From the NCBI GenBank assembly GCA_964016885.1, contig OZ024740.1, forward strand, positions 279,992,001 through 280,056,000: a DNA stretch of 64,000 nt. Direction: 5' to 3'. Every line of letters starts with the position of its first letter. The stretch's first letter is position 1. This DNA comes from Eledone cirrhosa (Eukaryota). This document shows positions 22,629 through 37,500 of the stretch, in pieces. The notes under the pieces were generated by a model. It searched no databases and was not told the origin of the DNA. It saw only the letters and a list, made by a program, of their open reading frames with translations. Both the position numbers and the translations under genes were made by a program.

Positions 22629-25600
22629 GTGAATTTCAGCAAGATATCTCCGTAAATTCAATAGTTGTGGCTGTGGAACCAAACCGTGTTAAACGTCAAC
22701 AAAGTCCGCCGGCGAATGGTGTGCTTCGAAGAAAACGAATCCAAAAATGACGATTTGCCGGCGGAGTTACCTTTTCAATCGCGGGCCGGCCGCCCGTGGT
22801 CGGATCGATCTGTAATTACTGGTACATGTGCAGACACTCATTGGCTATGTGCGGCGTGAATTTCAGCAAGATATCTCCGTAAAATCAATAGTTGTGGCTG
22901 TGGAACCAAACCGTGTTAAACGTCAACAAAGTCCGCCGGCGAATGGTGTGCTTCGAAGAAAACGAATCCAAAAATGACGATTTGCCGGCGGAGTTACCTT
23001 TAAAATCGCGGGCCGGCCGCCCGTGGTCGGATCGATCTGTAATTACTGGTACATGTGCAGACACTCATTGGCTATGTGCGGCGTGAATTCCAGCAAGATA
23101 TCTCCGTAACATCAATAGTTGTGGCTGTGGAACCAAACCGTGTTAAACGTCAACAAAGTCCGCCGGCGAATGGTGTGCTTCGAAGAAAACGAATCCAAAA
23201 ATGACGATTTGCCGGCGGAGTTACCTTTTCAATCGCGGGCCGGCCGCCCGTGGTCGGATCGATCTGTAATTACTGGTACATGTGCAGACACTCATTGGCT
23301 ATGTGTGCCGTGAATTTCAGCAAGATATCTCCGTAAAATCAATAGTTGTGGCTGTGGAACCAAACCGTGTTAAACGTCAACAAAGTCCGCCGGCGAATGG
23401 TGTGCTTCGAAGAAAACGAATCCAAAAATGACGATTTGCCGGCGGAGTTACCTTTAAAATCGCGGGCCGGCCGCCCGTGGTCGGATCGATCTGTAATTAC
23501 TGGTACATGTGCAGACACTCATTGGCTATGTGCGGCGTGAATTCCAGCAAGATATCTCCGTAACATCAATAGTTGTGGCTGTGGAACCAAACCGTGTTAA
23601 ACGTCAACAAAGTCCGCCGGCGAATGGTGTGCTTCGAAGAAAACGAATCCAAAAATGACGATTTGCCGGCGGAGTTACCTTTTCAATCGCGGGCCGGCCG
23701 CCCGTGGTCGGATCGATCTGTAATTACTGGTACATGTGCAGACACTCATTGGCTATGTGCGGCGTGAATTCCAGCAAGATATCTCCGTAACATCAATAGT
23801 TGTGGCTGTGGAACCAAACAGTGTTAAACGTCAACAAAGTCCGCCGGCGAATGGTGTGCTTCGAAGAAAACGAATCCAAAAATGACGATTTGCCGGCGGA
23901 GTTACCTTTTCAATCGCGGGCCGGCCGCCCGTGGTCGGATCGATCTGTAATTACTGGTACATGTGCAGACACTCATTGGCTATGTGCGGCGTGAATTTCA
24001 GCAAGATATCTCCGTAAAATCAATAGTTGTGGCTGTGGAACCAAACCGTGTTAAACGTCAACAAAGTCCGCCGGCGAATGGTGTGCTTCGAAGAAAACGA
24101 ATCCAAAAATGACGATTTGCCGGCGGAGTTACCTTTAAAATCGCGGGCCGGCCGCCCGTGGTCGGATCGATCTGTAATTACTGGTACATGTGCAGACACT
24201 CATTGGCTATGTGCGGCGTGAATTCCAGCAAGATATCTCCGTAACATCAATAGTTGTGGCTGTGGAACCAAACCGTGTTAAACGTCAACAAAGTCCGCCG
24301 GCGAATGGTGTGCTTCGAAGAAAACGAATCCAAAAATGACGATTTGCCGGCGGAGTTACCTTTTCAATCGCGGGCCGGCCGCCCGTGGTCGGATCGATCT
24401 GTAATTACTGGTACATGTGCAGACACTCATTGGCTATGTGTGCCGTGAATTTCAGCAAGATATCTCCGTAAAATCAATAGTTGTGGCTGTGGAACCAAAC
24501 CGTGTTAAACGTCAACAAAGTCCGCCGGCGAATGGTGTGCTTCGAAGAAAACGAATCCAAAAATGACGATTTGCCGGCGGAGTTACCTTTAAAATCGCGG
24601 GCCGGCCGCCCGTGGTCGGATCGATCTGTAATTACTGGTACATGTGCAGACACTCATTGGCTATGTGCGGCGTGAATTCCAGCAAGATATCTCCGTAACA
24701 TCAATAGTTGTGGCTGTGGAACCAAACAGTGTTAAACGTCAACAAAGTCCGCCGGCGAATGGTGTGCTTCGAAGAAAACGAATCCAAAAATGACGATTTG
24801 CCGGCGGAGTTACCTTTTCAATCGCGGGCCGGCCGCCCGTGGTCGGATCGATCTGTAATTACTGGTACATGTGCAGACATTCATTGGCTATGTGCGGCGT
24901 GAATTCCAGCAAGATATCTCCGTAACATCAATAGTTGTGGCTGTGGAACCAAACCGTGTTAAACGTCAACAAAGTCCGCCGGCGAATGGTGTGCTTCGAA
25001 GAAAACGAATCCAAAAATGACGATTTGCCGGCGGAGTTACCTTTTCAATCGCGGGCCGGCGGCCCGTGGTCGGATCGATCTGTAATTACTGGTACATGTG
25101 CAGACACTCATTGGCTATGTGCGGCGTGAATTCCAGCAAGATATCTCCGTAACATCAATAGTTGTGGCTGTGGAACCAAACCGTGTTAAACGTCAACAAA
25201 GTCCGCCGGCGAATGGTGTGCTTCGAAGAAAACGAATCCAAAAATGACGATTTGCCGGCGGAGTTACCTTTTCAATCGCGGGCCGGCCGCCCGTGGTCGG
25301 ATCGATCTGTAATTACTGGTACATGTGCAGACACTCATTGGCTATGTGTGCCGTGAATTTCAGCAAGATATCTCCGTAAAATCAATAGTTGTGGCTGTGG
25401 AACCAAACCGTGTTAAACGTCAACAAAGTCCGCCGGCGAATGGTGTGCTTCGAAGAAAACGAATCCAAAAATGACGATTTGCCGGCGGAGTTACCTTTAA
25501 AATCGCGGGCCGGCCGCCCGTGGTCGGATCGATCTGTAATTACTGGTACATGTGCAGACACTCATTGGCTATGTGCGGCGTGAATTCCAGCAAGATATCT

Positions 25601-28530
25601 CCGTAACATCAATAGTTGTGGCTGTGGAACCAAACCGTGTTAAACGTCAACAAAGTCCGCCGGCGAATGGTGTGCTTCGAAGAAAACGAATCCAAAAATG
25701 ACGATTTGCCGGCGGAGTTACCTTTTCAATCGCGGGCCGGCCGCCCGTGGTCGGATCGATCTGTAATTACTGGTACATGTGCAGACACTCATTGGCTATG
25801 TGTGCCGTGAATTTCAGCAAGATATCTCCGTAAAATCAATAGTTGTGGCTGTGGAACCAAACCGTGTTAAACGTCAACAAAGTCCGCCGGCGAATGGTGT
25901 GCTTCGAAGAAAACGAATCCAAAAATGACGATTTGCCGGCGGAGTTACCTTTAAAATCGCGGGCCGGCCGCCCGTGGTCGGATCGATCTGTAATTACTGG
26001 TACATGTGCAGACACTCATTGGCTATGTGCGGCGTGAATTCCAGCAAGATATCTCCGTAACATCAATAGTTGTGGCTGTGGAACCAAACAGTGTTAAACG
26101 TCAACAAAGTCCGCCGGCGAATGGTGTGCTTCGAAGAAAACGAATCCAAAAATGACGATTTGCCGGCGGAGTTACCTTTTCAATCGCGGGCCGGCCGCCC
26201 GTGGTCGGATCGATCTGTAATTACTGGTACATGTGCAGACACTCATTGGCTATGTGCGGCGTGAATTTCAGCAAGATATCTCCGTAAAATCAATAGTTGT
26301 GGCTGTGGAACCAAACCGTGTTAAACGTCAACAAAGTCCGCCGGCGAATGGTGTGCTTCGAAGAAAACGAATCCAAAAATGACGATTTGCCGGCGGAGTT
26401 ACCTTTAAAATCGCGGGCCGGCCGCCCGTGGTCGGATCGATCTGTAATTACTGGTACATGTGCAGACACTCATTGGCTATGTGCGGCGTGAATTCCAGCA
26501 AGATATCTCCGTAACATCAATAGTTGTGGCTGTGGAACCAAACCGTGTTAAACGTCAACAAAGTCCGCCGGCGAATGGTGTGCTTCGAAGAAAACGAATC
26601 CAAAAATGACGATTTGCCGGCGGAGTTACCTTTTCAATCGCGGGCCGGCCGCCCATGGTCGGATCGATCTGTAATTACTGGTACATGTGCAGACACTCAT
26701 TGGCTATGTGTGCCGTGAATTTCAGCAAGATATCTCCGTAAAATCAATAGTTGTGGCTGTGGAACCAAACCGTGTTAAACGTCAACAAAGTCCGCCGGCG
26801 AATGGTGTGCTTCGAAGAAAACGAATCCAAAAATGACGATTTGCCGGCGGAGTTACCTTTAAAATCGCGGGCCGGCCGCCCGTGGTCGGATCGATCTGTA
26901 ATTACTGGTACATGTGCAGACATTCATTGGCTATGTGCGGCGTGAATTCCAGCAAGATATCTCCGTAACATCAATAGTTGTGGCTGTGGAACCAAACCGT
27001 GTTAAACGTCAACAAAGTCCGCCGGCGAATGGTGTGCTTCGAAGAAAACGAATCCAAAAATGACGATTTGCCGGCGGAGTTACCTTTAAAATCGCGGGCC
27101 GGCCGCCCGTGGTCGGATCGATCTGTAATTACTGGTACATGTGCAGACACTCATTGGCTATGTGCGGCGTGAATTCCAGCAAGATATCTCCGTAACATCA
27201 ATAGTTGTGGCTGTGGAACCAAACCGTGTTAAACGTCAACAAAGTCCGCCGGCGAATGGTGTGCTTCGAAGAAAACGAATCCAAAAATGACGATTTGCCG
27301 GCGGAGTTACCTTTTCAATCGCGGGCCGGCCGCCCGTGGTCGGATCGATCTGTAATTACTGGTACATGTGCAGACACTCATTGGCTATGTGTGCCGTGAA
27401 TTTCAGCAAGATATCTCCGTAAAATCAATAGTTGTGGCTGTGGAACCAAACCGTGTTAAACGTCAACAAAGTCCGCCGGCGAATGGTGTGCTTCGAAGAA
27501 AACGAATCCAAAAATGACGATTTGCCGGCGGAGTTACCTTTAAAATCGCGGGCCGGCCGCCCGTGGTCGGATCGATCTGTAATTACTGGTACATGTGCAG
27601 ACACTCATTGGCTATGTGCGGCGTGAATTCCAGCAAGATATCTCCGTAACATCAATAGTTGTGGCTGTGGAACCAAACAGTGTTAAACGTCAACAAAGTC
27701 CGCCGGCGAATGGTGTGCTTCGAAGAAAACGAATCCAAAAATGACGATTTGCCGGCGGAGTTACCTTTTCAATCGCGGGCCGGCCGCCCGTGGTCGGATC
27801 GATCTGTAATTACTGGTACATGTGCAGACATTCATTGGCTATGTGCGGCGTGAATTCCAGCAAGATATCTCCGTAACATCAATAGTTGTGGCTGTGGAAC
27901 CAAACCGTGTTAAACGTCAACAAAGTCCGCCGGCGAATGGTGTGCTTCGAAGAAAACGAATCCAAAAATGACGATTTGCCAGCGGAGTTACCTTTTCAAT
28001 CGCGGGCCGGCGGCCCGTGGTCGAATCGATCTGTAATTACTGGTACATGTGCAGACACTCATTGGCTATGTGTGGCGTGAATTTCAGCAAGATATCTCCG
28101 TAAATTCAATAGTTGTGGCTGTGGAACCAAACCGTGTTAAACGTCAACAAAGTCCGCCGGCGAATGGTGTGCTTCGAAGAAAACGAATCCAAAAATGACG
28201 ATTTGCCGGCGGAGTTACCTTTTCAATCGCGGGCCGGCCGCCCGTGGTCGGATCGATCTGTAATTACTGGTACATGTGCAGACACTCATTGGCTATGTGT
28301 GGCGTGAATTTCAGCAAGATATCTCCGTAAATTCAATAGTTGTGGCTGTGGAACCAAACCGTGTTAAACGTCAACAAAGTCCGCCGGCGAATGGTGTACT
28401 TCGAAGAAAACGAATCCAAAAATGACGATTTGCCGGCGGAGTTACCTTTTCAATCGCGGGCCGGCGGCCCGTGGTCGAATCGATCTGTAATTACTGGTAC
28501 ATGTGCAGACACTCATTGGCTATGTGTGGC
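22629..28530. repeat. Pure L domain of 26 consecutive 227-bp monomers
   Basis: ORF starts from 22665 to 28340 are all 227 bp apart, and no S-specific segment is present. Confidence 0.95.
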
Positions 28531-31500
28531 GTGAATTTCAAGAAAAGCTGCCCATGCTAAATGCGGAAGCTGAAGTCCACCAGCGAATGCTGTGCTTCGA
28601 AGAAACGAATCACAAAAATGCGAATTTGCCGGCGGAGTTACCTTTTCGATCGTGGGCCGGCCGCCCGTGGTCGGATCGATCTGTAATTACTGGTATATGT
28701 GCAGACACTCATTGGTCGTGTGTGGTGTGATTTTCAAGAAAAGCTGCCCATGCTAAATGCGGAAGCTGCAGTCCACCATCGAATGGTGTGCTTCGAAGAA
28801 ACGAATCACAAAAATGCGAATTTGCCGGCGGAGTTACCTTTTCGATCGTGGGCCGGCCGCCTGTGGTCGGATCGATCTGTAATTACTGGTCCATGTGCAG
28901 ACACACATTTGCTGTGTGTGGTGTGATTTTCAAGAAAAGCTGCCCATGCTAAATGCGGAAGCTGAAGTCCGCCGGCGAATGGTGTGCTTCGAAGAAAACG
29001 AATCCAAAAATGACGATTTGCCGGCGGAGTTACCTTTTCAATCGCGGGCCGGCCGCCCGTGGTCGGATCGATCTGTAATTACTGGTACATGTGCAGACAC
29101 TCATTGGCTATGTGTGGCGTGAATTTCAGCAAGATATCTCCGTAAATTCAATAGTTGTGGCTGTGGAACCAAACCGTGTTAAACGTCAACAAAGTCCGCC
29201 GGCGAATGGTGTGCTTCGAAGAAAACGAATCCAAAAATGACGATTTGCCGGCGGAGTTACCTTTTCAATCGCGGGCCGGCCGCCCGTGGTCGGATCGATC
29301 TGTAATTACTGGTACATGTGCAGACACTCATTGGCTATGTGCGGCGTGAATTTCAGCAAGATATCTCCGTAAAATCAATAGTTGTGGCTGTGGAACCAAA
29401 CCGTGTTAAACGTCAACAAAGTCCGCCGGCGAATGGTGTGCTTCGAAGAAAACGAATCCAAAAATGACGATTTGCCGGCGGAGTTACCTTTAAAATCGCG
29501 GGCCGGCCGCCCGTGGTCGGATCGATCTGTAATTACTGGTACATGTGCAGACACTCATTGGCTATGTGCGGCGTGAATTCCAGCAAGATATCTCCGTAAC
29601 ATCAATAGTTGTGGCTGTGGAACCAAACCGTGTTAAACGTCAACAAAGTCCGCCGGCGAATGGTGTGCTTCGAAGAAAACGAATCCAAAAATGACGATTT
29701 GCCGGCGGAGTTACCTTTTCAATCGCGGGCCGGCCGCCCGTGGTCGGATCGATCTGTAATTACTGGTACATGTGCAGACACTCATTGGCTATGTGTGCCG
29801 TGAATTTCAGCAAGATATCTCCGTAAAATCAATAGTCGTGGCTGTGGAACCAAACCGTGTTAAACGTCAACAAAGTCCGCCGGCGAATGGTGTGCTTCGA
29901 AGAAAACGAATCCAAAAATGACGATTTGCCGGCGGAGTTACCTTTAAAATCGCGGGCCGGCCGCCCGTGGTCGGATCGATCTGTAATTACTGGTACATGT
30001 GCAGACACTCATTGGCTATGTGCGGCGTGAATTCCAGCAAGATATCTCCGTAACATCAATAGTTGTGGCTGTGGAACCAAACAGTGTTAAACGTCAACAA
30101 AGTCCGCCGGCGAATGGTGTGCTTCGAAGAAAACGAATCCAAAAATGACGATTTGCCGGCGGAGTTACCTTTTCAATCGCGGGCCGGCCGCCCGTGGTCG
30201 GATCGATCTGTAATTACTGGTACATGTGCAGACATTCATTGGCTATGTGCGGCGTGAATTCCAGCAAGATATCTCCGTAACATCAATAGTTGTGGCTGTG
30301 GAACCAAACCGTGTTAAACGTCAACAAAGTCCGCCGGCGAATGGTGTGCTTCGAAGAAAACGAATCCAAAAATGACGATTTGCCGGCGGAGTTACCTTTT
30401 CAATCGCGGGCCGGCGGCCCGTGGTCGGATCGATCTGTAATTACTGGTACATGTGCAGACACTCATTGGCTATGTGTGGCGTGAATTTCAGCAAGATATC
30501 TCCGTAAAATCAATAGTTGTGGCTGTGGAACCAAACCGTGTTAAACGTCAACAAAGTCCGCCGGCGAATGGTGTGCTTCGAAGAAAACGAATCCAAAAAT
30601 GACGATTTGCCGGCGGAGTTACCTTTTCGATCGTGGGCCGGCCGCCCGTGGTCGGATCGATCTGTAATTACTGGTATATGTGCAAACACACATTTGCTGT
30701 GTGTGGTGTGATTTTCAAGAAAAGCTGCCCATGCTAAATGCGGAAGCTGAAGTCCACCAGCGAATGCTGTGCTTCGAAGAAACGAATCACAAAAATGCGA
30801 ATTTGCCGGCGGAGTTACCTTTTCGATCGTGGGCCGGCCGCCCGTGGTCGGATCGATCTGTAATTACTGGTATATGTGCAGACACTCATTGGTCGTGTGT
30901 GGTGTGATTTTCAAGAAAAGCTGCCCATGCTAAATGCGGAAGCTGCAGTCCACCATCGAATGGTGTGCTTCGAAGAAACGAATCACAAAAATGCGAATTT
31001 GCCGGCGGAGTTACCTTTTCGATCGTGGGCCGGCCGCCTGTGGTCGGATCGATCTGTAATTACTGGTCCATGTGCAGACACACATTTGCTGTGTGTGGTG
31101 TGATTTTCAAGAAAAGCTGCCCATGCTAAATGCGGAAGCTGAAGTCCGCCGGCGAATGGTGTGCTTCGAAGAAGACGAATCCAAAAATGACGATTTGCCG
31201 GCGGAGTTACCTTTTCAATCGCGGGCCGGCCGCCCGTGGTCGGATCGATCTGTAATTACTGGTACATGTGCAGACACTCATTGGCTATGTGCGGCGTGAA
31301 TTTCAGCAAGATATCTCCGTAAAATCAATAGTTGTGGCTGTGGAACCAAACCGTGTTAAACGTCAACAAAGTCCGCCGGCGAATGGTGTGCTTCGAAGAA
31401 AACGAATCCAAAAATGACGATTTGCCGGCGGAGTTACCTTTAAAATCGCGGGCCGGCCGCCCGTGGTCGGATCGATCTGTAATTACTGGTTCATGTGCAG

Positions 31501-34500
31501 ACACTCATTGGCTATGTGCGGCGTGAATTCCAGCAAGATATCTCCGTAACATCAATAGTTGTGGCTGTGGAACCAAACCGTGTTAAACGTCAACAAAGTC
31601 CGCCGGCGAATGGTGTGCTTCGAAGAAAACGAATCCAAAAATGACGATTTGCCGGCGGAGTTACCTTTTCAATCGCGGGCCGGCCGCCCGTGGTCGGATC
31701 GATCTGTAATTACTGGTATATGTGCAAACACACATTTGCTGTGTGTGGTGTGATTTTCAAGAAAAGCTGCCCATGCTAAATGCGGAAGCTGAAGTCCACC
31801 AGCGAATGCTGTGCTTCGAAGAAAAGAATCACAAAAATGCGAATTTGCCGGCGGAGTTACCTTTTAGATCGTGGGCCGGCCGCCCGTGGTCGGATCGATC
31901 TGTAATTACTGGTATATGTGCAGACACTCATTGGTCGTGTGTGGTGTGATTTTCAAGAAAAGCTGCCCATGCTAAATGCGGAAGCTGCAGTCCACCATCG
32001 AATGGTGTGCTTCGAAGAAACGAATCACAAAAATGCGAATTTGCCGGCGGAGTTACCTTTTCGATCGTGGGCCGGCCGCCTGTGGTCGGATCGATCTGTA
32101 ATTACTGGTCCATGTGCAGACACACATTTGCTGTGTGTGGTGTGATTTTCAAGAAAAGCTGCCCATGCTAAATGCGGAAGCTGAAGTCCGCCGGCGAATG
32201 GTGTGCTTCGAAGAAAACGAATCCAAAAATGACGATTTGCCGGCGGAGTTACCTTTTCAATCGCGGGCCGGCCGCCCGTGGTCGGATCGATCTGTAATTA
32301 CTGGTACATGTGCAGACACTCATTGGCTATGTGTGGCGTGAATTTCAGCAAGATATCTCCGTAAATTCAATAGTTGTGGCTGTGGAACCAAACCGTGTTA
32401 AACGTCAACAAAGTCCGCCGGCGAATGGTGTGCTTCGAAGAAAACGAATCCAAAAATGACGATTTGCCGGCGGAGTTACCTTTTCAATCGCGGGCCGGCC
32501 GCCCGTGGTCGGATCGATCTGTAATTACTGGTACATGTGCAGACACTCATTGGCTATGTGCGGCGTGAATTTCAGCAAGATATCTCCGTAAAATCAATAG
32601 TTGTGGCTGTGGAACCAAACCGTGTTAAACGTCAACAAAGTCCGCCGGCGAATGGTGTGCTTCGAAGAAAACGAATCCAAAAATGACGATTTGCCGGCGG
32701 AGTTACCTTTAAAATCGCGGGCCGGCCGCCCGTGGTCGGATCGATCTGTAATTACTGGTACATGTGCAGACACTCATTGGCTATGTGCGGCGTGAATTCC
32801 AGCAAGATATCTCCGTAACATCAATAGTTGTGGCTGTGGAACCAAACCGTGTTAAACGTCAACAAAGTCCGCCGGCGAATGGTGTGCTTCGAAGAAAACG
32901 AATCCAAAAATGACGATTTGCCGGCGGAGTTACCTTTTCAATCGCGGGCCGGCCGCCCGTGGTCGGATCGATCTGTAATTACTGGTACATGTGCAGACAC
33001 TCATTGGCTATGTGTGCCGTGAATTTCAGCAAGATATCTCCGTAAAATCAATAGTTGTGGCTGTGGAACCAAACCGTGTTAAACGTCAACAAAGTCCGCC
33101 GGCGAATGGTGTGCTTCGAAGAAAACGAATCCAAAAATGACGATTTGCCGGCGGAGTTACCTTTTCGATCGTGGGCCGGACGCCCGTGGTCGGATCGATC
33201 TGTAATTACTGGTATATGTGCAGACACACATTTGCTGTGTGTGGTGTGATTTTCAAGAAAAGCTGCCCATGCTAAATGCGGAAGCTGAAGTCCGCCGGCG
33301 AATGGTGTGCTTCGAAGAAAACGAATCCAAAAATGACGATTTGCCGGCGGAGTTACCTTTTCAATCGCGGGCCGGCCGCCCGTGGTCGGATCGATCTGTA
33401 ATTACTGGTACATGTGCAGACACTCATTGGCTATGTGTGGCGTGAATTTCAGCAAGATATCTCCGTAAATTCAATAGTTGTGGCTGTGGAACCAAACCGT
33501 GTTAAACGTCAACAAAGTCCGCCGGCGAATGGTGTGCTTCGAAGAAAACGAATCCAAAAATGACGATTTGCCGGCGGAGTTACCTTTTCAATCGCGGGCC
33601 GGCCGCCCGTGGTCGGATCGATTTGTAATTACTGGTACATGTGCAGACACTCATTGGCTATGTGCGGCGTGAATTTCAGCAAGATATCTCCGTAAAATCA
33701 ATAGTTGTGGCTGTGGAACCAAACCGTGTTAAACGTCAACAAAGTCCGCCGGCGAATGGTGTACTTCGAAGAAAACGAATCCAAAAATGACGATTTGCCG
33801 GCGGAGTTACCTTTTCAATCGCGGGCCGGCGGCCCGTGGTCGAATCGATCTGTAATTACTGGTACATGTGCAGACACTCATTGGCTATGTGTGGCGTGAA
33901 TTTCAAGAAAAGCTGCCCATGCTAAATGCGGAAGCTGAAGTCCACCAGCGAATGCTGTGCTTCGAAGAAAAGAATCACAAAAATGCGAATTTGCCGGCGG
34001 AGTTACCTTTTCGATCGTGGGCCGGCCGCCCGTGGTCGGATCGATCTGTAATTACTGGTATATGTGCAGACACTCATTGGTCGTGTGTGGTGTGATTTTC
34101 AAGAAAAGCTGCCCATGCTAAATGCGGAAGCTGCAGTCCACCATCGAATGGTGTGCTTCGAAGAAACGAATCACAAAAATGCGAATTTGCCGGCGGAGTT
34201 ACCTTTTCGATCGTGGGCCGGCCGCCTGTGGTCGGATCGATCTGTAATTACTGGTCCATGTGCAGACACACATTTGCTGTGTGTGGTGTGATTTTCAAGA
34301 AAAGCTGCCCATGCTAAATGCGGAAGCTGAAGTCCGCCGGCGAATGGTGTGCTTCGAAGAAAACGAATCCAAAAATGACGATTTGCCGGCGGAGTTACCT
34401 TTTCAATCGCGGGCCGGCCGCCCGTGGTCGGATCGATCTGTAATTACTGGTACATGTGCAGACACTCATTGGCTATGTGTGGCGTGAATTTCAGCAAGAT

Positions 34501-37500
34501 ATCTCCGTAAATTCAATAGTTGTGGCTGTGGAACCAAACCGTGTTAAACGTCAACAAAGTCCGCCGGCGAATGGTGTGCTTCGAAGAAAACGAATCCAAA
34601 AATGACGATTTGCCGGCGGAGTTACCTTTTCAATCGCGGGCCGGCCGCCCGTGGTCGGATCGATCTGTAATTACTGGTACATGTGCAGACACTCATTGGC
34701 TATGTGTGGCGTGAATTTCAGCAAGATATCTCCGTAAATTCAATAGTTGTGGCTGTGGAACCAAACCGTGTTAAACGTCAACAAAGTCCGCCGGCGAATG
34801 GTGTACTTCGAAGAAAACGAATCCAAAAATGACGATTTGCCGGCGGAGTTACCTTTTCAATCGCGGGCCGGCGGCCCGTGGTCGAATCGATCTGTAATTA
34901 CTGGTACATGTGCAGACACTCATTGGCTATGTGTGGCGTGAATTTCAAGAAAAGCTGCCCATGCTAAATGCGGAAGCTGAAGTCCACCAGCGAATGCTGT
35001 GCTTCGAAGAAACGAATCACAAAAATGCGAATTTGCCGGCGGAGTTACCTTTTCGATCGTGGGCCGGCCGCCCGTGGTCGGATCGATCTGTAATTACTGG
35101 TATATGTGCAGACACTCATTGGTCGTGTGTGGTGTGATTTTCAAGAAAAGCTGCCCATGCTAAATGCGGAAGCTGCAGTCCACCATCGAATGGTGTGCTT
35201 CGAAGAAACGAATCACAAAAATGCGAATTTGCCGGCGGAGTTACCTTTTCGATCGTGGGCCGGCCGCCTGTGGTCGGATCGATCTGTAATTACTGGTCCA
35301 TGTGCAGACACACATTTGCTGTGTGTGGTGTGATTTTCAAGAAAAGCTGCCCATGCTAAATGCGGAAGCTGAAGTCCGCCGGCGAATGGTGTGCTTCGAA
35401 GAAAACGAATCCAAAAATGACGATTTGCCGGCGGAGTTACCTTTTCAATCGCGGGCCGGCCGCCCGTGGTCGGATCGATCTGTAATTACTGGTACATGTG
35501 CAGACACTCATTGGCTATGTGTGGCGTGAATTTCAGCAAGATATCTCCGTAAATTCAATAGTTGTGGCTGTGGAACCAAACCGTGTTAAACGTCAACAAA
35601 GTCCGCCGGCGAATGGTGTGCTTCGAAGAAAACGAATCCAAAAATGACGATTTGCCGGCGGAGTTACCTTTTCAATCGCGGGCCGGCCGCCCGTGGTCGG
35701 ATCGATCTGTAATTACTGGTACATGTGCAGACACTCATTGGCTATGTGCGGCGTGAATTTCAGCAAGATATCTCCGTAAAATCAATAGTTGTGGCTGTGG
35801 AACCAAACCGTGTTAAACGTCAACAAAGTCCGCCGGCGAATGGTGTGCTTCGAAGAAAACGAATCCAAAAATGACGATTTGCCGGCGGAGTTACCTTTAA
35901 AATCGCGGGCCGGCCGCCCGTGGTCGGATCGATCTGTAATTACTGGTACATGTGCAGACACTCATTGGCTATGTGCGGCGTGAATTCCAGCAAGATATCT
36001 CCGTAACATCAATAGTTGTGGCTGTGGAACCAAACCGTGTTAAACGTCAACAAAGTCCGCCGGCGAATGGTGTGCTTCGAAGAAAACGAATCCAAAAATG
36101 ACGATTTGCCGGCGGAGTTACCTTTTCAATCGCGGGCCGGCCGCCCGTGGTCGGATCGATCTGTAATTACTGGTACATGTGCAGACACTCATTGGCTATG
36201 TGTGCCGTGAATTTCAGCAAGATATCTCCGTAAAATCAATAGTCGTGGCTGTGGAACCAAACCGTGTTAAACGTCAACAAAGTCCGCCGGCGAATGGTGT
36301 GCTTCGAAGAAAACGAATCCAAAAATGACGATTTGCCGGCGGAGTTACCTTTAAAATCGCGGGCCGGCCGCCCGTGGTCGGATCGATCTGTAATTACTGG
36401 TACATGTGCAGACACTCATTGGCTATGTGCGGCGTGAATTCCAGCAAGATATCTCCGTAACATCAATAGTTGTGGCTGTGGAACCAAACAGTGTTAAACG
36501 TCAACAAAGTCCGCCGGCGAATGGTGTGCTTCGAAGAAAACGAATCCAAAAATGACGATTTGCCGGCGGAGTTACCTTTTCAATCGCGGGCCGGCCGCCC
36601 GTGGTCGGATCGATCTGTAATTACTGGTACATGTGCAGACATTCATTGGCTATGTGCGGCGTGAATTCCAGCAAGATATCTCCGTAACATCAATAGTTGT
36701 GGCTGTGGAACCAAACCGTGTTAAACGTCAACAAAGTCCGCCGGCGAATGGTGTGCTTCGAAGAAAACGAATCCAAAAATGACGATTTGCCGGCGGAGTT
36801 ACCTTTTCAATCGCGGGCCGGCGGCCCGTGGTCGGATCGATCTGTAATTACTGGTACATGTGCAGACACTCATTGGCTATGTGTGGCGTGAATTTCAGCA
36901 AGATATCTCCGTAAAATCAATAGTTGTGGCTGTGGAACCAAACCGTGTTAAACGTCAACAAAGTCCGCCGGCGAATGGTGTGCTTCGAAGAAAACGAATC
37001 CAAAAATGACGATTTGCCGGCGGAGTTACCTTTTCGATCGTGGGCCGGCCGCCCGTGGTCGGATCGATCTGTAATTACTGGTATATGTGCAAACACACAT
37101 TTGCTGTGTGTGGTGTGATTTTCAAGAAAAGCTGCCCATGCTAAATGCGGAAGCTGAAGTCCACCAGCGAATGCTGTGCTTCGAAGAAACGAATCACAAA
37201 AATGCGAATTTGCCGGCGGAGTTACCTTTTCGATCGTGGGCCGGCCGCCCGTGGTCGGATCGATCTGTAATTACTGGTATATGTGCAGACACTCATTGGT
37301 CGTGTGTGGTGTGATTTTCAAGAAAAGCTGCCCATGCTAAATGCGGAAGCTGCAGTCCACCATCGAATGGTGTGCTTCGAAGAAACGAATCACAAAAATG
37401 CGAATTTGCCGGCGGAGTTACCTTTTCGATCGTGGGCCGGCCGCCTGTGGTCGGATCGATCTGTAATTACTGGTCCATGTGCAGACACACATTTGCTGTG

